DNA of 62,925 nucleotides, the filler included, from Vannella sp. (Eukaryota): the NCBI GenBank assembly GCA_023345925.1. It is 8 parts of 8 records of this genome, joined end to end, with 100 filler letters (N's around TTAATTAATTAA, not from the genome) between each part and the next. Parts side by side here need not be neighbours in the genome. Positions count along the whole stretch, not along the records: positions 58,201 to 62,925 come from JAJQQN010000959.1; 7 more parts are not named here. One strand, 5' to 3'. The notes under the pieces are model-generated. The model worked only from the letters and a program-made list of their open reading frames with translations, made no database searches and was not told the origin of the DNA. Positions 58,236 to 62,925 of this stretch are shown here, piece after piece. Each line of letters begins with the position of its first letter. Position 1 is the stretch's first letter. The position numbers were made by a program, and so were the translations under genes.

Positions 58236-61200
58236 ATGGCTTCCGGGCCCTCTAGCAAAGAGCAGCAGGACTCAGAGATGGAGGCTCTCAGTGCAATCTA
58301 TGGGGTATGTGTTGGTTCTACAAAGGTTACTCTTGCTGATGGTGATGAGCTAGGATGACTTCCAGGAGCTCCCTTTGACTCAAGCAGGTCATCGGAGCTT
58401 TCAGATCCATCTGGCTCCCCGAGACGACCAAACACAGCGTATCTCTTTAGACCTTGTGATTAGCTACACTTCGCGCTATCCTCTTGGCTTGCCAAGCTAC
58501 CAGCTAGCCAACGTGAAGGGTCTTGATGACGTCATTTCACTCCGGAAGGAGCTTAAAGCACTCATGGATAAGCGGATTGGTCAACCAATGATCTTCGAGA
58601 TGGCTTCCTTCATCTCTGACACTCTACAAGAGATCAGTCAAGCACCAGAGTCACTCTTTGAGCAGAGAAGTGCTAGGGAGAGCGCTCGACAGGTCTCTGA
58701 CTCTCCACAGGTCCATGCGCACCGCTCTTACACACCTAGTATAGAACAAGATGTCTTGTTCGAGAAAGAGGTGGAAAAGGGGCGCCATTCAACAAGCCAG
58801 GTGGGATTTAGCTGGAAGAAGGAGAACTTCTTTTCTCAAGGTCGCCGTGGCCCCGTCTACCACGTGACCAATCTCAGCAAGCCAGATATGCTTTTAATTA
58901 CTAAGGAGATCATTATGCCTTGTCCTACACTGGTGCCAGCAAGCGTAACACTTGCGAACATCGATTATGAGCATCTTATTTCGGTTGTAGAGCGACTAAG
59001 GGCTATGAATCACCCAAGACTTGCTCCATACTATGGTGCTGAAGTCTCTATTCTCGGCCCCTCTGCAACTATTCATGTTTTGCGGGCTTTTGTTTCTGGA
59101 CTATCACTTTCTGGGTACATTGAGCGCCATGGGGCCGTCACTTCCACAGAAAAGCTTGGTGCTTGGCTCCGTGGAATTCTAGAAGGGCTGGAATTCCTCC
59201 ATAGCCATGGCCAGTGCCACGAACAACTCTATTCCTATCATGTTCTGATTAATGAAGATGGCGATGCCACACTTGTGGACTGGGGGATCGAGAGAGCGAT
59301 TTTGGATAGCCACAAGATAACAGAGGACAATGCCAGTATGTATACACCCCGTCACGATATCTGGAATGTGGGGGCCTTGCTAGTTGACCTTGCCACCGGA
59401 GGCCGTGAGAACTGGTACGATTGGATTGGAACCTCCAAAGAACCGAAAACAGAGATTCTGCCACCTACGCTACCTCCTGTTGTGAGCCGATTCGTTCGAC
59501 GATGCTTTGACGAGAAGGCGGTAACAGCCAAAGATTTGCTCAGAACCAGCTTTATCACGGAGTCATCATCACTGAGAGATTCATCTTCTCCACTACGATT
59601 CACTTCAGGGAGATCATTCAGCGATATAAGTGTCGAATCAATTCCGAAAAGGTCAGACTCTCGCTATGATACAGACTTTGAGGAGATCGAGTCGATCGGA
59701 AAAGGGGGCTTTGGCGAAGTCTTTAAGGTGCGGAATAGAATCGATGACAACTTTTATGCAATCAAAAAAATACCTTTGAATCCCAGCAATGTCGCAGAGA
59801 ACCGAAAGATCCTCCGTGAGGTCAGGACACTGGCGCAGCTGCATCACGAGTACATTGTCCGCTACTGTCAAGCTTGGATTGGCGATAAGATACGCGATGA
59901 TAGTAAGGAGCAGGATATTGGACTATTAACAGAAAGCCTTAGTAGCTCTGGACCTTATGATTTAATGGAAGATGAGGAGGAGAGTGTCTCAGAAGACAGC
60001 GAGACAGATTTTGAGGTTGTTAATGGCTCATCACTCTCAGATCTTGAAGAAGAAGAAGAGGAGGAAGACGATGAAGAGGCCACTGCGATCCTTTTCATTA
60101 CCATGGAATTCTGTTCGGGACAAACTCTGCAGAACCTCATTTCAAATGAGCGACTGATGGACCAGCCCAAGAAGATTTGGCGACTATTTCGCCAAATTGT
60201 TCAGGGACTGAGCTATGTTCACGAACAGGGTATTGTCCATCGTGACCTCAAGCCGGCAAATATCTTTCTGGACGGTTCTGGAGACAGCGTCAACGTCAAG
60301 ATTGGTGACTTCGGCCTTGCTACGGCTGATCATCGAGGAGAGCTGTCAGGTTCGATAGAAACTTTATCGGACTCTACTGGTGGCGGGACCTTCCTCTACA
60401 TGGCCCCCGAACGCCAAACTGGAGAGCCAACTTCCTTCAAACTCGACATCTTTAGCTTGGGCATTATCCTCTTGGAAATGTGCTGCAGCTTTAAGACTGG
60501 CTCAGAAAGGATTAAAGTTCTTACGGAAGCTCGAAATCAACGGCGGCTGCCAGAGCACTTTCCTGAAGACCACCCTGACGAAGCTAAGCTCATCACTTGG
60601 CTCATTCAGCCTGATCCTAAGGATCGACCAACATGTGAGAAGCTTCTTGCTTCAGACCTTCTTCCACCCCAAATAGGAGAAGCTCAACTCTTAGAATCGC
60701 TGCGAAGCATCCTTGCCAAAGACACAGTCATCTATAACACTCTCATGCAGCGCTTGTTTCAGACCCCGAATGAGTCTCCTCTAAGTTCTTCAGATCAGCA
60801 ACAACCTGCCCATTTTGTTCATCGAGAGGAAATAGTGAGTCTGTTGACCAAGGTGTTTGAGCATTTTAACTTTCAACCTTTTGCTTCGCCTGCTCTCTTA
60901 CCAAAGCCGAATATTAAGCTTCCAAGTAACTCTGTTTATCTTTTGAACGAGGATGGAACCGTTTTTTTACTGCCTTACGATTTGACTCTGCCTTTAGCTT
61001 GTCAATTGACCTTGGGACTGAACGAAAGGGATCCCTTCAAAAGATTTTGTTTTGGATCCGTTTACCGTAAAAGTGACCATGGGAGGCCTCCTCGCCGGCG
61101 CGAGGAGGTTAACTTCAGCATTACTACAAGGAATGTAGCAGACACTATTCTTCAGGAGGCAGAACTTATTTATCTTTTGCGAGATGTACTACAAAAAATT

Positions 61201-62436
61201 GCTCCTTTGATGGATGTCACATGCAAGATCTTAGTTAACCATATGGCAATTTACCGCGCCATCCTATTACATTGCGGGGTTTCTTCTCACCAAATTCAAG
61301 AGGTTTGTGAGATCCTCGAAAGGCTTCACACTTCCAAATGGTCTCGACTTTCTCGTTCATTGACAAAGATTGGCATCAAACAAGAGACTATCGATAATCT
61401 CAACGAGAACATGCGCATCAGTGGGAGCTTAAAAGGCTTTTCAGAGCTCTTGCCCTCCTCAATTAAGGGTAATCCCAAGGTTCAGGGTGCCATCGAACAT
61501 TTCCAAACGCTTTGCCAATTCTTGGAGAAACTGTCTCTCAATAACGTTCTCTTCCACTCCGGAGCGGCTCATAGCTTCGAGTATCGTAATGGCCTGATGA
61601 TTATTGTGTCTGCGGAGCCTCTTGGGGAAGGAGACACCAACATTATCGCCGCTGGAGGATCTTACTCGAAGCTGATTGCTGAGCTTCCTAGAGAGCGTCT
61701 GTTTGCTGTGGGAGTGAGTATCTCAATGGATCGTGTCGTCACTAGAATGGCCCAGTTGCAAAACGCTAAAGAGGAAATCAAGCCCACTATTGACGTGATG
61801 ATCTTCGGGAACTATAGAAACTCACTCCAGGACCGAATGGAAGTGGCAGCAGCATTCAGAGAGAAGGATATTCGGGTGGAATACCTCCAATCCTCTAAAA
61901 GTGACTTGCAGGGAATGATAACACAGTGCGCAGATCAACACATCAAATGGCTCCTAGTCCTTGATAGCAAACACAAGTGGAGTCATCGCAAAGTCACACT
62001 CAGGGACAATGAAAAGAGGAAAGAATCATCCCTTCTTCTGGAAGAAGCAATCAGAGAAGTCACCCAAAAACGTGCCGACGAGCAAGGCCCTGCAGACCCG
62101 GTTGTCCATCCTGTGGAGGTTTGCCTTTGTGATCCGAAGGGTAATTCTGCCATGAAAGGAGCGGGGAAGCGGAAGATTGAGGAGATTATCCGTTTGGGAC
62201 AACCATTAGCCCAGTCCCTTCGCCATCCACTCCACGTCATTGCTGTCAACTTGCCGTTGGACCTGATTCAAAGCCTTCACTCAACTCTCTCCACAGGAAA
62301 CCTCAGAAAGTACAAAACCGACCTGGACTCGATCGGGAACTTCGTCAAGGGCCTTGACCCTTCCATCCCTCTGGTCTTCTTGTTCAAGGAAGGATCTTTC
62401 TTCCCTTTCCAACGATGTGAGTTGGCTCTTTTATAA
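58236..62436 (+). CDS. GCN2: eIF2-alpha kinase GCN2
   Basis: RWD (QDSEMEALSAIYG|DDF, YP...P, GQPMIFE), pseudokinase, kinase SRYDTDFEEI..GKGGFGEV, YAIKKI, acidic insert, HRDLKPANIF, KIGDFGLA, HisRS-like LPYDLTLP..IAAGGSY, anticodon-like domain. One intron. Confidence 0.96.
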
Positions 62437-62442
62437 AATCAT

Positions 62443-62925
62443 TCATTTCCAAGAAAAGTGACTTTGATGTGTCGGCGGAGCGGGTGAGCTTCTTTGGCCC
62501 TCTGTCATTAAGCTCGTGTTGCTTTCTTGTTTGAGAAGGAAGGAAGAGCCCCAGGCTGTGTGTGGGAAGACCACTGGTGAAGGAGGAGGGATGAAGTGAT
62601 TGGCATGTAAGTTGTGGTTGCTTTGGCGCTGGACTTTGTGCAGAGGCTCTCTTTCACTGGGTGTCGAGTATACTGGAGTCGGATCGAGCTTCGAAAGCAT
62701 CTCTTCGAGAGGGAACAGCCCCACGAAAGGCTCCTTCGTGTTGTCTGCCAGAAGAAGGAGACTCAAGACGCTCTCTTGACTCGTTGCATCGACCAGATTG
62801 ATGAGGAAGAGGAGGTTGTGTCCGGAAGCCTCGTCTGCAAAGAGCTTGGGAAGATCGGAGAGGGAAGAAGCAACTTCTGTTCGGTTGATAAACGCGAACT
62901 TGCCGTCCTTTGCGATGGGCTGGTC
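62443..62925 (-). CDS. 3' part of an unidentified gene (5' end outside window)
   Basis: Frame open from the window edge (DQPIAKDGKFAF...) to the stop at 62443. No motif recognised. Confidence 0.4.
   Translation of the reverse strand, partial: DQPIAKDGKFAFINRTEVASSLSDLPKLFADEASGHNLLFLINLVDATSQESVLSLLLLADNTKEPFVGLFPLEEMLSKLDPTPVYSTPSEREPLHKVQRQSNHNLHANHFIPPPSPVVFPHTAWGSSFLLKQESNTSLMTEGQRSSPAPPTHQSHFSWK

Overview
Eukaryotic genomic DNA, not a prokaryotic locus. It is eight unrelated contigs joined by seven 100-nt N spacers, each carrying the all-frame-stop linker TTAATTAATTAA, so gene neighbourhood means nothing across spacers. The genome is compact: intergenic gaps are often under 150 nt, introns are short GT-AG (mostly about 40-70 nt), and the code looks standard. 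The ORF track therefore splits genes and misses several; gene models here are hand-spliced and their internal boundaries approximate. Gene content (two RasGEFs, CH-RhoGEF, villin-headpiece protein, Dcd1-like Ntn hydrolase, DUF1765, Zn2Cys6 factor) suggests an amoebozoan-like protist, which is inference only. Clear housekeeping genes: PGM, VDAC, serine carboxypeptidase, SPO11, PAK, BUD31, NCBP3, CDC20, glutaredoxin, PEX11, U2A', GCN2. Best leads: a NADAR-UBA fusion with acid-to-amide changes at conserved positions; an unannotated DarG-like macrodomain start at a contig edge; a full-architecture SPIRAL2/TORTIFOLIA1-like protein; a giant coiled coil ending in CPI-like, WH2-like and headpiece motifs; a RhoGAP-cNMP-VPS9-SH3 hub; a bacterial-type HTTM gene with introns; a Crinkler-like NTPase with a decayed tail; a foldback element; and a possible cassette exon in U2A'. 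All family assignments are by eye from remembered motifs; no searches were run.
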